Assembly (NCBI GenBank): GCA_038087875.1
Contig: CM075995.1
Coordinates: 248,001-312,000 of the forward strand
From: Malacoraja senta
Lineage: Eukaryota
Length of the DNA: 64,000 bases
Direction: 5' to 3'
Below the pieces are notes generated by a model. It was given only the letters and a program-made list of their open reading frames with translations. It ran no database searches and was not told where the DNA came from. Position numbers and translations under genes: made by a program. Of the stretch, positions 36,716 through 50,025 are shown piece by piece; position 1 is the first letter of the stretch, and each line of letters opens with the position of its first letter.

Positions 36716-37909
36716 AAATTCAGGCAGGTGGGACTAAATTAGATGGGGCATGTTGGTCGGCATGGGCAAGTTGGGCCAAAGGGCTTGTTTCACGCTGTTT
36801 AATTCTGTGACTCTGTGACTCAAGTCTTTTTGCTGACAGGATAGCATGCAACAAAAAACGTCACTGTACCTCGGCACATGACAATAATAAACTACATTAA
36901 ACTGAACCAAAGATGACGTTTCGTGTCGGGACTCTTCTTCAGACTATTGATCAGACTTCTTCAGATATAGCTACTTTTAAAGTTTAGAATTCCATGCACC
37001 AGAGGTTTTCTTCTCCCACTCACTTCTTCTTTACTTTTCATTTTAAATGCACTGAGGGGGCGGCACAGTGGTGCAGCGATAGAGTTGCTACCTTATAGCG
37101 CCGTTGACCCAGTTTCGATCCTGACCACGGACCCGTTGTCTTTACGGAGTTTGTACGCTCTCCCCGTGACCTGCGTGAGTTTTCTCCGGGTGCTCCGGTT
37201 TCCTCCCACACTTGTACAGCGTTGAAAGTTATTTGGCTTCGGTAAGAAATTGTAAATTGTCCCTAGTGTGTGTGTAGGATAGTGTTAGTGTATGGGGATT
37301 GCTGGTCGACGCAGACTCGGTGGGCTGTTTCCGCGCTGTATCGCTAAACTAAACTAAACTGAACCAAAGGTGATATGTTCAAGAAGGAACTGCAGATGCT
37401 GGAAAATCGAAGGTAGACAAAAGTGCTGGAGAAACTCAGTGGGTGCGGCAGCATCTATGGAGCGAAGGAAATAGGCAACGTTTCGGGCCGAAACCCTTCT
37501 TTCGGGTCGAGACCCTTCTTCAGGCTATTGATCAGACTTCTTCAGATATGGCTTCTTTTTTAATTTAAAATTCCTTACACCAGAGGTTTTCTACCCCATT
37601 CACTTCTTCTATACTTGTCATTTTAAATGCCCTGCCAGATAAATTTCTGTTATTCATCCCATTCCTTGCCACACAGCAGCACAGTAAATATTTCAGACTT
37701 TTTTTCGTGTGTAAGCAAACCACGATTTATGTTGCAAGCTACTTAAGAGCAGGACAACCAGACACTCAATAATGAAGTGGATTCAGCAAATGGTTCTTCA
37801 ATTATGAATGTCTGTCTCTGTAGTCTGGCACTCCCAGCGCTGAGTGACGCTCACAGAGACTGTGAAAAAGGTTTGATAAAAAGGAGTGGAAAGAGATGCA
37901 TGACAAAAA

Positions 37910-38815
37910 ACAATGTGTTTGATGAGCGTTTGTCAGCACTGGGCCTGTACTCGCTGGAGTTCAGAAGAATGAGGGGGGACCTCATTGAAACTTCTTGCTA
38001 TTGAGGGAGTGCAGCGTAGGTTTACAAGGTTAATTCCCGGGATGGCGGGACTGTCATATGCTGAGAGAATGGAGCAGCTGGGCTTGTACACTCTGGAGTT
38101 TAGAAGGATGAGAGGGCATCTCATTGAAACATATAAGATTGTTTAGGGTTTGGACACGCTGGAGGCAGGAAACATGTTCCCGTTGTTGGGGGAGTCCAGA
38201 ACCAGGGGCCACAGATTAAGAATAAGGAGTAAGCCATTTAGAACGGAGACGAGGAAACACTTTTTCTCACAGAGAGTGGTGAGTCTGTGAAATTCTCTGC
38301 CGCAGAGGGCGGTGGAGGCCGGTTCTCTGGATGCTTTCAAGAAAGAGCTGGAAAGGGCTCTTAAAAATAGCAGAGTCAGGGGATATGGGGAGAAGGCAGG
38401 AACGGGGTACTGATTGGGGATGATCAGCCATGATCACATTGAATGGTGATGCTGGCTCGAAGGGCCGAATTGCCTACTCCTGCACCTATTGTCTAATGTC
38501 TATTGTCTAACTTACCGAATCGTAAAAGGCTTGAATAGAGGGAATGTGGAGAGGATGTTTCCACTAGTGGGAGAGTCTAGGACTAGAGGCCATAGCCTCA
38601 GAATTAAAGGACGTTCCTTTAGAAAGGAGATGAGGAGGAATTTCTTTAGTCAGAGGGTGGTGAATCTGTGGAATTCTTTGCCACAGAAGGCTGTGGATGC
38701 CAAGTCAATGGATATTTTAAGGCGGAGAATGGTGTGATTAGTGCGGGTGTCAAGGTGTTATGGGGAGAAGGCAGGAGAATGGGGTTTAGAGAGAAAGATA
38801 GATCAGCCATGATCT
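37910..38815 (+). mobile_element. CR1 subfamily A (37995-38508) nested in a CR1 subfamily B copy
   Basis: Host CR1-B sequence breaks at ctcattgaaactt (~37993) and resumes at aacttaccgaat (~38509). Confidence 0.85.
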
Positions 38816-39641
38816 TTGAACATATATGCAGAATGAAATTCTCCCACCAAGTCTATATTCACATGATTTCTCAAATAACCACTAAAAATACTTAATTACC
38901 AACACCCTAACATAGAAATTTATTTCAAACAAGTTTTTTTTTTCCAGTTTTGTGGTTTAGAGATACAGCGCAGAAACAGCCCCTTCGGCCCACCAGGTCC
39001 GCACTGACCAGCGATTCCCGCACATTAACACTCTCCTACACACACTAGGGACAATTGTAAATTCATACCAAGCCAATTAACATGCAAACCTGCACGTCTA
39101 TTAAGTGTGGGAGGAAACCGGAGATCCCGGCCACGGGGAGAACGTACGGACAAGCACCCGTAGTCGGGATCGAACCCGGGTCGCTGGCACTGTGAGGCAG
39201 TAGCTCCACCACTAGGCCACCGGTATTTAAAATAAAAATGGTAACTGCATCCATCAGGGCAAGGGATGCTTGTGTTTGTGAAATGGAGTATCCCCCCCAT
39301 CTCGGCACTTAGCGGTAACTTCAAGCACATAATCTCCGGAGAAAAATGCCCTGTCAAGTGACCCTCTGGTATGTGTGGCATTTTAAATGAGTTCTCTTGT
39401 TTCCCTGTGGACTAAATGTCAGAGTGCAGCCAGCTCCAGCCTGCCGGAGTCAGCTCATTAAACCAGGATTACTGTCGAAGCGCGGTATCATCTCGCTGGA
39501 GGCGAGGTCCTCGAATAACATGCACTGAGTGCCAACTCCAATCAATTTATGCCGTGGAGCCACTTCTCCTCCCCTGACAGACTGCTGACTGTAAAGCAAG
39601 TTCGACGACACAGAGAGGAATGTGAACCCATGCAGTCAAAT

Positions 39642-39868
39642 AATTAGTGAAAATATCACGTTAAGTCTACTTCTGAAAATTGAGATTTGCACTTGGAAAA
39701 TTGAGATTTCTGAAAATCTTAATTTCCAAGAGCAAATCTCAATTTTCAGAAGGAGACTTAACTTGATATTTTAACTAATCTCCAATGCAGCAAATCTCAA
39801 TTTTCAGAAAATTCAGATCGCTGAAATTCTTCTCAATTTTCTGAAAATTTAGATTTGCTGCATTGGAG
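39642..39868. repeat. Two adjacent imperfect palindromes sharing the motif gcaaatctcaattttcagaa
   Basis: Hairpin 1 ~39642-39779; hairpin 2 ~39780-39868. Confidence 0.8.
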
Positions 39869-40003
39869 GTTACTTCTTGGTTGAACAAGACCTTGGATCT
39901 CTAATAAGGCGTTTCATTCCCCAGAGCTTAATTTCTACCTTTGCCTGTGCTACAACCCCAACTTTCCTCCGATTTTAAACTTTCTCGCTCATTCTAAACT
40001 TTT

Positions 40004-40360
40004 ATTTTTTTTATTTTTTTATTTTTTATTTATTAGAAGTACATTACATTACAACCACATACATTAGTACTCGTCACTTATGTCTTCTTACAATTAATGT
40101 ACTCCATTTGTTTTTTACACTAGTAAAAGGAAAAGATAAGATTGAAAGAAAGAAGAAAGTGAAGGAAAAAGTGAGAGTGTAGAAAATGTGACAACAAAAA
40201 AGGACGAAGACCCTATAAGAACAAAATTAAAAACAAAAGAAAAAGAGTTAAGAAATAGACCCTAGAAAAGAAGGAGAAAGAGAAAGAGGAAAAAGAGAGA
40301 AACAAATATTTTTTATGAGCATTACGCAAATGGGACATACCAACTCTTCAACTATCAACT
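40004..40360 (-). mobile_element. 5'-truncated poly(A) retroposon (L1-like 3'UTR) with 13-bp TSD
   Basis: attctaaactttt at 39991-40003 and 40361-40373; A-rich tail with AATAAA on minus strand. Confidence 0.75.
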
Positions 40361-40809
40361 ATTCTAAACTTTTCATCCATCCATTTTTGCTAAATTCTGT
40401 CTGGTAGCCACAAACGGACACAAACTCAGCATCAACTGGAGAGCACTCCTGAACTACTACCTACCTCATCGTAGACACTCAGACTATCTTTGATCAGATT
40501 TTACCTGCTTTATCTTGCACTAAATGTTATTCACGTTATTCCCTTTATCATGTATCAGTACACTGCAAATGGATCGAATGTAATCATGTAATGTCTTTCC
40601 GCTGACTGCTCAGCACGCAACAATAGCTTTCCACTGTTCCTCGGTACACGTGACAATCAACTAAACGCAAACTCATATCTGTAGAACATGGATAGCTTGG
40701 TTTATTTTAGTTTATTGTCACGCGTGCGGAGGTACAGTGAAAAGCTTTTTGTTGAGTGCTAGTCAGTCGGCGGAAAGACAATACATGATTACATTCGATC
40801 CATTTGCAT

Positions 40810-41765
40810 GTGGAGGAGGAGCCATCTTGGGGAACGGCTGCTAATCAGCAGCCGTCCGTTTAATTCACTCTTTTTTTTTGTAGTTCTAGTGAGTCCTGTG
40901 TTTTGTTTGTGGGAGAAATCGACTTTTTAATGTAGGGCGAAGGAGGTAACTATATTTCTAGGTCCCTACCTGGTCGGTGAGGCAGCTTTTTCTCCGGGCT
41001 GCCCCGTCGACCCGTCCACGTGGCCTACCAGCGGGGGTGGAGCGCCGTTTCCTGGCGGGGACCGCCCAGCACCTCGGCTTCGGTGGCGGCACAGCGCTGG
41101 AGCACTATCGCGGAGCGGAGCGGGCGATGCCTTGCCTGGGTCGCCGCGCTGGATCGACGCGCTGGTGCTCCGGTGAGCTGTGACCGCCGAGTTCAACACC
41201 TCCGGGCTGTGGGTCTGCGGAGAGGAGCGGGCGGCGCCGACTTCAACATCGGGAGCCTGGGGGCTCCAAACCGGCGCGGCCTTGACGGCTTCGGAAGCCG
41301 CGGTCTCCGGTAAGGAATGCGGCCGTTCCAGGTGGCCCAGCCGCTGAGAGGACTCTCCCGACGCCGGGGAAACAGCGTCCGTAGAGGCAATAGCGGAGGC
41401 CTCAATAGGCCTGACTTTGGGAGAACTGGGGTTGGGGACTGGACATTGTGCCTTCCCCCACAGTGGTAACCATTGTGGGGGGATGATTTTTGTGTGTAAG
41501 TGACTATTTTAGTCTGTGTCCAAGATGGCTGTCGGAAGGGAGAGTGGACGCTGGCGCGGTTTAGCTGCCGCTGCTCTCTCTTCACATTGTGTTTCTGATT
41601 TTTTTTTGTCTTTGGATCGAATTCTGTCTTTAATTTGTGTATTGGTGATGTCTTTATAATTCATTTTACTCCGGTTATATGTTTTTTACTTGTTAAATTC
41701 TGTAAGGTGTCCTTGAGACTCTTGAAAGGTGCCCATAAATAAAATTTATTATTATTATTATTACT
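40810..41765 (+). mobile_element. Unclassified GC-rich non-autonomous retroposon with AATAAA and (ATT)n tail
   Basis: CpG-rich body; similar architecture at 54650-55545; related fragments at 5290-5770, 18570-18790, 27020-27255 and 49470-49840. Confidence 0.55.
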
Positions 41766-42949
41766 ATATATGAGGATAGGTGACCTTTCGGGTCGGGGAC
41801 CCTTCTTCAGACTGCTCTCGTATCAAGCAAGTTTAGTTTTAGAGATAATGTGCTTTGGGGTGGACTGCGGTGCAGCTGGTAGATCTGCTGCTTCACAGCA
41901 CCAGAGACCCAGGTTCGATCCTGACCTTGGTTGCTGTCTGTGTGGAGTTTGCATGTTTTCCCCGTCCATGTACCTGTCCAACTGTCTCCTGAACAAAATG
42001 ATAGTCCCTGCCTCAACTTCCTCCTCTGGTCGCTCGTTCCATACACCCACCACCCTTTGTGTGAAAAAGTTACCCCTCAGATTCCTATCCAATCTTTCCC
42101 CCTCACTTTAAACTCGGTTCCCCTACTCTGGGCAAGACTCTGTGCGTCTACCCAATTTATTCCTCTCACGATCTTGTACACCTCTATAAGATCACCCCCT
42201 CATCCTCCTGAGCTCCAAGGAATAGAGTCACAACCTGCTCACCCTCTCCCTGTAGCTCAGGCCCTCGAGTCCTGGCAAAAATGGGCGGTTACTGTGGCGC
42301 AGCGGTAGATTTGCTGCCTTACAGCGAATGAGGCGCCATAGACCCGGGTTCGATTCCGACTACGGGTGCTGTCTGTACGGAGTTTGTACGTTCTCACCGT
42401 GACCAGCGTGGGTTTTCGCTGAGATCTTTGGTTTCCTCCCACATTCCAAAGACGTACGGGTTTGTAGGTTAATTGGCTTGGTAAATGTAAAAATTGTCCC
42501 TAGTGGGTTTAGGATAGTGTTAATGAGCGGGGATCGCTGGGCGGCGAGGACCCGGTGGGCCGAAGGGCCTGTTTCCGCTCTGTATCGCTAAACTAAACAA
42601 AAATATCCTCGTAAATCTTCTCTGCACCCTTTCCAGCTTGACAACGTCACATGTGGATGTGCTTCAGCCGGCTAGAGTGCAGCAGCATATAAAAACAGCA
42701 AAGAGTGTTGCTGCAACTGTTGACGTCCATATCTGGAGTGCTTGCCTGCAGCCTGGGTCTTTTTTTTTAAGGAGGGAGACCCTTTGGGGGAAAGTTTGCT
42801 GGGCTGATTCCAGAGATGAAAGAGTTGTCCTACACTGCAAGGTTGAGCAGGCTGGACATTTACTCATTGAAGTTTACGGAAATGAGATAACAAGTGAAAG
42901 GCCTGGATAGAGTGGAAGTGGAGAGGATGTTTCCTCCATTGATAAGAGG

Positions 42950-43545
42950 ATGGAGGCTGTCTGTATTTATTGAGGAGGTCTGCTCTTTCAACGTCTGCAG
43001 TGAGATGCTGCAGATGTTCTACCAATCGGTGGTAGCCAGTGCCATCTTCTTCGCTGCCGTGCGCTGGGGCAGCAGGGCGAAGGCCGCGGACGCCAACAGG
43101 ATCAACAAACTCATCAGGAAGGCTGGGTCTGTCCTGGGGGCGGAGTTGGATTCACGGGAGGTGGTCTTGGAGGGGAGGATGCTCGGTCTTGGAGGGGAGG
43201 ATGCTCCTCAAACTGCGGAGCATCCTGGACAATACAGTTCACCCCCTCCATGACACACTGGTCAACCTGAGGAGCACCTTCAGCAACAGACTGGTTCCAC
43301 CAAGATGCAGCACAGAACGCCACAGGAGATAGTTTTTCCCTGTGGCTATCAAACCAAATAACTCCTCCCCCTTCTGTCGTGGGGAGGACTGACTCCCATT
43401 CCCCTTCCCCTCCCCACCCTAATCTTTGCACATCCCCAATCCTTTCCACTCATCACTTTAATTTCATGTTTCATGTATCTTGTGTTTTATGACTGTTGGC
43501 AGATCAATTCCTCTCCTGGGATAAATAAAGTTCTATCGTATTGTA
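42950..43545 (+). mobile_element. Second Rex1/Babar-like LINE 3' end, inserted into a CR1 fragment
   Basis: MLQMFYQSVVASAIFFAAVRWG..NKLIRKAGSV..HPLH; (TCGTA)-type tail; CR1 resumes at ~43546. Confidence 0.78.
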
Positions 43546-44024
43546 TGAGTCTAGGACCAGAGGGCAGATCCTCAGAATTAAAGGATGTACCTTTAGAAAG
43601 GAAATGAGGAGACATTTCTTTAGTCAGAGGGTGATGATTCTGGGAATGTACTGCTACACACAGCTGTGGAGGCCGTCAATGGATATTTTTAAGCAGAGAT
43701 TGACATATTCTTGATTAGTGTCAGGTATCAGGGGTTAATGGGGAGAAGGCAGGAGAATGGGGTTGAGAGGGAAAGATAGATCAGCCATGATTGAATGGCA
43801 GAGTAAACATGATGGGCCGAATGGCCTAATTTTGCTCCAAAAACCTATAAACTTAGAAAGAGTTGTGTTACATTAACAGGTTGAGCAGGTTGGACATTTA
43901 CTCATTGAAGTTTAGGAAAATGAGAGATTATGTTATTTAATGTAAGTGGAATACAGACTGTGTTTTATCAATAGCCCAAAGCTGCTCCTCACTATGTAAA
44001 CACAGTGCTGGAGTATCTCACCAG

Positions 44025-45536
44025 CAGGGCTCTCGCTTAACTTTTTCCCCTGTTGCCAGCCGGGCAACCTTGGCAGCTTTTTAGGTTGCCAAATGGCAGT
44101 TTAGGTGGTCATTTAAGATGGCTTGCATGACGCGTGCGATAATGTGCTTGGACGAAGTGAGTAGTTACCAGTCGGAATTATACTCAATGAAGCATTCACA
44201 TATTATTTCTGCTTCAAATAAAGTCACAAACTAAACATATTCACCAATCAAGACATGATATATCCCACAATCACATGCAGCAAAATTATAAGACAGTATC
44301 TCAACTCTTTTTACACATTGCAATTAATGCAATTTCTATTAGTTCTTTCCACTTCCAAACAACAATGTGGTTGGATTATTCAGCGTATGATCAACCTGTG
44401 TCAATAGATCCTGGACCATGGTAACATATATGCGTACGTATAGTTGTGGATGTTGCTCATTAAATAACTACAGTACTGATACTCCATATTAAGAGCATTG
44501 ATTTGCCGTAAAATGAATTCTGTAATAACGTGTCAACGGCAGCAGTGACAATCGAACACTGCGGTTTTAATGTTTCACGTGTTCACAATTTAATTAATCC
44601 ATCTTTATGGATTAAAACAAATAATAACATTGGGAATTAAAACACATTTGATTGCATTCCGTTATCAAACATAGTCAATGTTCGCTCTGAAGACATTTAC
44701 AGCACAATAGGGTCAGGGAGGGGGGTGTGTGTGAATCAGTGCGGGATGGATAGATGGCGGGAGTGGGGGGGTTAGAAGGCAGTCGGTGCAGAATGGATGG
44801 ATTGAGGCAGGTGAATTAGTACGTGTTGGTTGGACTAGGTAAAATTGTGAGGGGAGAGCACGGGGGATGTCAGTGGTGTTGAATGGGGGGGTTCAGTACG
44901 GGATGGATGGGGGTAGACAAAAGTGTTGGAGAAACTCAGCGGGTGAGGCAGCATCTATGGAGCGAAGGAAATAGGCAATATTTCGGGTCGAGACCCTTCT
45001 TCAGACTGTTCCCCCCATTCTTCTTGAATTGGAGGATCAGTACAGGATGGATGGGGGGGGAATATCAGCGCAGGACGAATGGGGAGGGGGGGGTCAGTAC
45101 AGTGTGGATCGGAGGGTGTGCAGGATGAATGGGGGATCACTACAGGATGAATGAGGGGAAGGGGGGAAGGTGCAGGGTAAATGGAGGGTAGGTTAGTACG
45201 GGATGAATGCGTGGATTAGTACAGGATGGATGGGGGATCAGTACAGGATGGATGGAGAAGTGCAGGATGGATGGGAAAGGGGTAAGTACGATGGATGGGA
45301 AAGGGGTAAGTACAGGGTAAATTGGAGAACCAGTGTAGGATGGATGGGGGGGAGGGGGTGGCAGGAGAATCAATGCAAGGTGGATAGGGTGATCAGTGCA
45401 GGATGAATAGATGGGGGGGGGTGTAGATGGGGAGGGGAGCACAGGGGATGTCAGTGAGGACTGACTAGAGGCGGGAATGGGGATCAGTGCGGGATGGAGT
45501 GGAGGGGTCCCAGGATAAGGGGGTGGGAGGGGGCGT

Positions 45537-45594
<58 letters not shown>

Positions 45595-46500
45595 CGGAGG
45601 TGGGGAGGAAGGAAGGTCAGTGCTCCTCGGACAACATCGCCCCGCTGCCTTGGCCGTTGGGAACTCCTAGCCACCGCCTCCCTCCTCCGCCAGCCAACAG
45701 CAAGGTGCAGGGCCGGGCGGTGCAGCTCAGAGATCCTATAGCTATAAGCAAAGATACAAGAGGCTCTTCGTTTCGTGTCGGCGGCGGCTGTCGTGCGGGG
45801 CAAACAAGAGCAGAACTCACTATCAAAACATGGAGGGGACGGGACACAATTTTTTGGCGGCCACGCGTGCATGAGCACACTCACACACACGTGCGCGAGG
45901 CTTCGGAGGCTCAATCCAGCGTTAAAAGCAGCTCAACTGCCTGTCTTCACCGGGTTAACTACAGCCCTGTCTGGACTGACGGGATACCAGCGCTGCTTCT
46001 CCGCGCTGGCCATATTTCCCGCAAGCTCAGGAAGGGTTGTAAGCTCACCTGGCGGGACAGGCAGAGTTAGCTGGGTTTAGCGCTGTTTCTCTGCGCTGGC
46101 CCGTCTGACTACCGACCAAAGATCCTATAGCGGAGGATCTTTGCTGCCGACGTCTCTGGCCATCCGTGGGAGGGGAGGGGGGAGGGTACTCGGGTGGGGA
46201 CGGGACAGCGCCGGAGACCCGGCCGGGATCGATCCTGCCTGCGGATGAAGCGCAGGTCTGTGCCACGTCTCCCTCCTCCAATCACCGCGCTGAATCATGT
46301 CACGCCCCCATTGCCTGCTGACCGACGTCTCTCTCGTCCAATCAGCGCCCTCGATCATCAGTCCCACCCCCACTGTCTCGCGGAAAGCAGAGATTTTAAA
46401 ATCCGGATGACAAAAACTTGGGGGTGATGTCCCCCACCTCTCAAAACATGGGGGGGACGTGTCCCCTCTGGCCCCCCCAGGGTTTTCCGCCCCTGGGGGC
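44025..46500. mobile_element. Composite of hAT-like DNA-transposon remnants with a G-rich minisatellite
   Basis: cagggctctcg..gttgcc left end; ..ttttccgcccctg right end; repeated gatcctatagc; internal (cagtacaggatggatggggg)-like repeats. Confidence 0.45.
45541..45588. repeat. (GA)n microsatellite
   Basis: Visible. Confidence 0.97.
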
Positions 46501-46929
46501 AAAGATACTAGGTGCGGGGTGAGGAAGGGTCGGAGCGAATGACGGGTCCCGAACAGCGGCAGCAGCGGCCGCGCACAGCGGCTCCATCTCCTCCTGCTCC
46601 CGGCCCCCCCCCCCCCCGCCCGCCCTGTTAAGGGCCTCTGCTTGCAAACCCGCTAACGCCAATAACCGCTTTCAAAACAAACCCTCCAGCACTCCGAGGC
46701 CTCCCCCTCCCTCCCTCCTCCCGGCCTCGGAGTGCAGTGGGTTTCTGATCAATCCAATGGCAACAAAAATATCCAGTCCAGAAAAAAAAGAGAAAGATAG
46801 AGTGAATAATCTAAGATTGGAGAGTTCAATATCGGGTCATGCAGACTGCAATGTGCTCAGACAAGAGTTGAGGTGCTGTTCCTCAGCATGACATTAGGCC
46901 TCTTTGTAAGAGTGCAGGAAGCCAGAAGG

Positions 46930-47430
46930 TCATTAGGAATAGGTGTAGAATTAGGCCATTCGGCCCATCTAGTCTACTCCGCCATTCAATCATGGCTGAT
47001 CTATCTCTCCCTCCTAACCCCATTCTCCTGCCCTCTTCCCATAACCTCTGTCACCCGTACCAATCAAGAATCTATCTATCTCTGCCTTAAAAATATCCAC
47101 TGACTTGGTCTCCACAGCCCTCCGTGGCAAAGAATTCCACAGATTCACCACCCTCTGACTAAAGATATTTCTCCTCATCTCATTCCTGATAGAACGTTCT
47201 TCAATTCTGAGGCTGTGACCCCTGGTCCCAGACTCTCCCACTAGTGGAAACATCCTCTCCACATCCACTCTATCCAAGCCTTTCACTATTCTGTAGGTTC
47301 CCAGTGCCGACAAACGCCCCCCCCTCATTCCCCCCCCCCCCCCCATAGGTTAACCTACTCATTCCAGGGACCATTCCTGAGGACCATTCTAACCTCCTCT
47401 GGACCCTCTCCAGAGCCAGCACATCCTTCC
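46930..47430 (-). mobile_element. CR1 LINE 3' end, subfamily B
   Basis: ORFs 47014..47346 and 47270..47524 (KDVLALERVQRR). Confidence 0.88.
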
Positions 47431-49847
47431 AAAGAAGCAGAGAGGTAAGAGTGGTAGTGGAGGGGGATATGAAGCAGTGGGCTATAGAAAGCTCAGGACA
47501 TCTTGTGGACCAAGCCCAAATCACTCATCTGTGTTTAGTTTCTCCAATGTCCAGGAGCCACCGTACTTAATTATAGAGTCATTGAGTTGTAGAGTCACAC
47601 AGCATGAAAACAGGCCCTTCAGCCCAACCTGCCCATGCTGACCAACATGTCCCATCTACACTTGTCCCACCTCGGCTCATATCCCTTTAAACCCGTCCTG
47701 TCCAAATGTCTCCCAAATGTTATGACAGTCCCTGCCTCAACCACCTCCCACGTGCTTGCGGTAAGTTAAAAAAAGGGCGGGCCGACTGCGATGACGTCGG
47801 CCCGTCCTGATCGGCGATGACGTCGGCCCGTGACTCACTAGCGGCGGCTGTGGCGGCGGCCGTCCTGATCGCGGCGCTGTAGCGGTGGCTGTGCCAGCGG
47901 CCGTGCCGCACACGTGCCTCACTGGCGGAGGCTGTGGCGGTGCAAGTTTGACGCACGGCGCTCGAGCCACACTGGCGGCGGCTGTGGCGGCGGCCGTGCC
48001 GCACTCATGCATCACTGGTGGCGGCTGTGCGGTAGGAAAATATTTTTCAACAGTGTAGGTTTTATTTTAGCACCGTGCAGTGTTGGGAACAACGCCGCAC
48101 GGCCCCGGAATTGTGCGTTCTCACGAGTGCGCGGTCTATGGCGGCAGATTCTTCCCGTTTCGCCGCCAATGACCGCAGACTCGTGAGACAGGCCTTTTAG
48201 TTAGAGCTCTAGGGGCTAGTGGAATCAAGGGATATGGGGAGAAGGCAGGCACGGGTTATTGATTGGGGACGATCACAATGAATAGCTCGAAGGGCCGAAT
48301 GGCCTCCTCCTGCACCTATTTTCTATGTTTCTATGTTCCATACACCCACCACCACTTTTGTACAAAAGTTAGCCTGCAGGTTTCTATTAATTCTTTCTCC
48401 CCCCCCTCACTTTAAACCTATGTTCTCTGGCTCTCAATTCCCCTGCTCTGGGCAAAAGACTCTGTGCATTAATGACTCTGAGCACTGAATGCGACTTATA
48501 AGCAAGGAACATAAGTTAAATACATATACTTAAATGGTGCTGCATTTATACTAATACAGTATGATTAAATACAGTGTGTAGGAAGGAACTGCAGATGCTG
48601 GTTTACACCAAAGGTAGACACAAAATGCTGGAGTAACTCAGTGGGACAAACAGCATCTCTACAGAGAAGGAATGGGTTTTATTTTAATGTTGGGGCTGCT
48701 GCAGAGTGAGCAGAGGGTTGTACGTTCAAAGGGGGAGAGGTTAGAGTTGGTAAGGGGAGTAGTAAAGTTGAGACGGTTGGTCTGAAGAAGGGTCTCAACC
48801 CGAGACTTCACCCATTCCTTCTCTCCACAGATGCTGCCTGTCCCCCTGAGTTCAGCATTTTATGCTTAACTTCGGTGTAAACCAGCATCTGCAGTTCCTT
48901 CCGACACAATCAATGCATCTCGTCAGAAAATCCTTTCCAAAATAAAACCCTCATTTAAACTAATAGAAAAGTTTCTTTGATACATTCAGTTTGCGCAAGA
49001 ATCAAGGAAAATTGTGTTCTTATCTTCAGAAAAATTCCAGGAAGATAACAATGAGATAACAAAATAAGTCAGTTCTCAGTTTCACAGAAAGGCTGCAGCA
49101 CAGAAGGCCATTCTACCCTTTGACTATATACTAACTCTATGCAAGAAATGCGCAGCTATTCCCAGTCCACTGCTCACACCTGCATTTTATTTTACTAATG
49201 AGTAGGACTGAGATGAGGAAAAACATTTTCACCCAGAGTTGTGAATCTGTGGATTTAGATTTAGCTCTTAGGGCTAACGGAATCAAGGGATATGGGGAAA
49301 AAGCAAGAACGGGGTACTGATTTTGGATGATCAGCCATGATCATATTCAATGGTGGTGCTGAATGGCCTACTCCTGCACCTATTTTCCATGTTTATACAG
49401 TTGCATTACTGGGCAGATCAGTGAACAGAACATCACTTGAAACATTAAATTTATGGCTGAAACAGCCTTAAGATAGGCCTGCGGCCTATAACATCGCGAA
49501 GCCCCGGTCTCTGGTAGGAAGCTGCCGATTCGGGACCTCCAAGCCACGGAGTGTCCGTCCGTCCCGACATCGGAGTTTCGGGCATCCCGACGAGAGGGCC
49601 TGTACATCGGGCCATCCGTAGCAACGACTGCGGGATAACTCAGCGGGACAGGCACTGACCACGGATGAACAAAGGAGGAGGACTGACAAAAGTTATTGCC
49701 TTCCACCACTGTGGTGGATGTTCATGTTATATTCTATTGTGTATTGTGCTCTTTTGTTTGTATGGCTGCATGGTAAATCAAATTCCACTGTACCTCAATT
49801 GGTGCACGTGGCAATAAATGTGAACGTGAACTTGAACTTGAAGAATA

Positions 49848-50025
49848 GCGCGTATAAAAATATTTATAATAAATATAATTAAATATATAATGAAAATATA
49901 TAACATAATAAAACATATATATACCTGTATCTATAACATTATAAAATATATATATCATCATAAAACATATATAACAATACATTTGTAATGAATTAAGCAT
50001 AACTATGATATTAAATGACATTAAC
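49848..50025. repeat. AT-rich low-complexity tract
   Basis: Degenerate (AT)n/(AAT)n. Confidence 0.85.

Noticed and set aside
36187..36742. 176-aa and other repetitive ORFs
   Set aside because: By-products of a stop-free 30-bp minisatellite.
40966..41585. Overlapping ORFs here and at 47720-48186 and 54764-55360
   Set aside because: Expected in high-GC repeat sequence; no recognisable domains.
45600..46750. CpG-rich region with two CCAAT boxes and a minus-strand donor-like site, suggesting a promoter or first exon
   Set aside because: It lies in the middle of a KIF13A intron and carries hAT-like termini and subterminal motifs. The overlapping GC-rich ORFs resemble no protein I recognise. An alternative promoter cannot be fully excluded.
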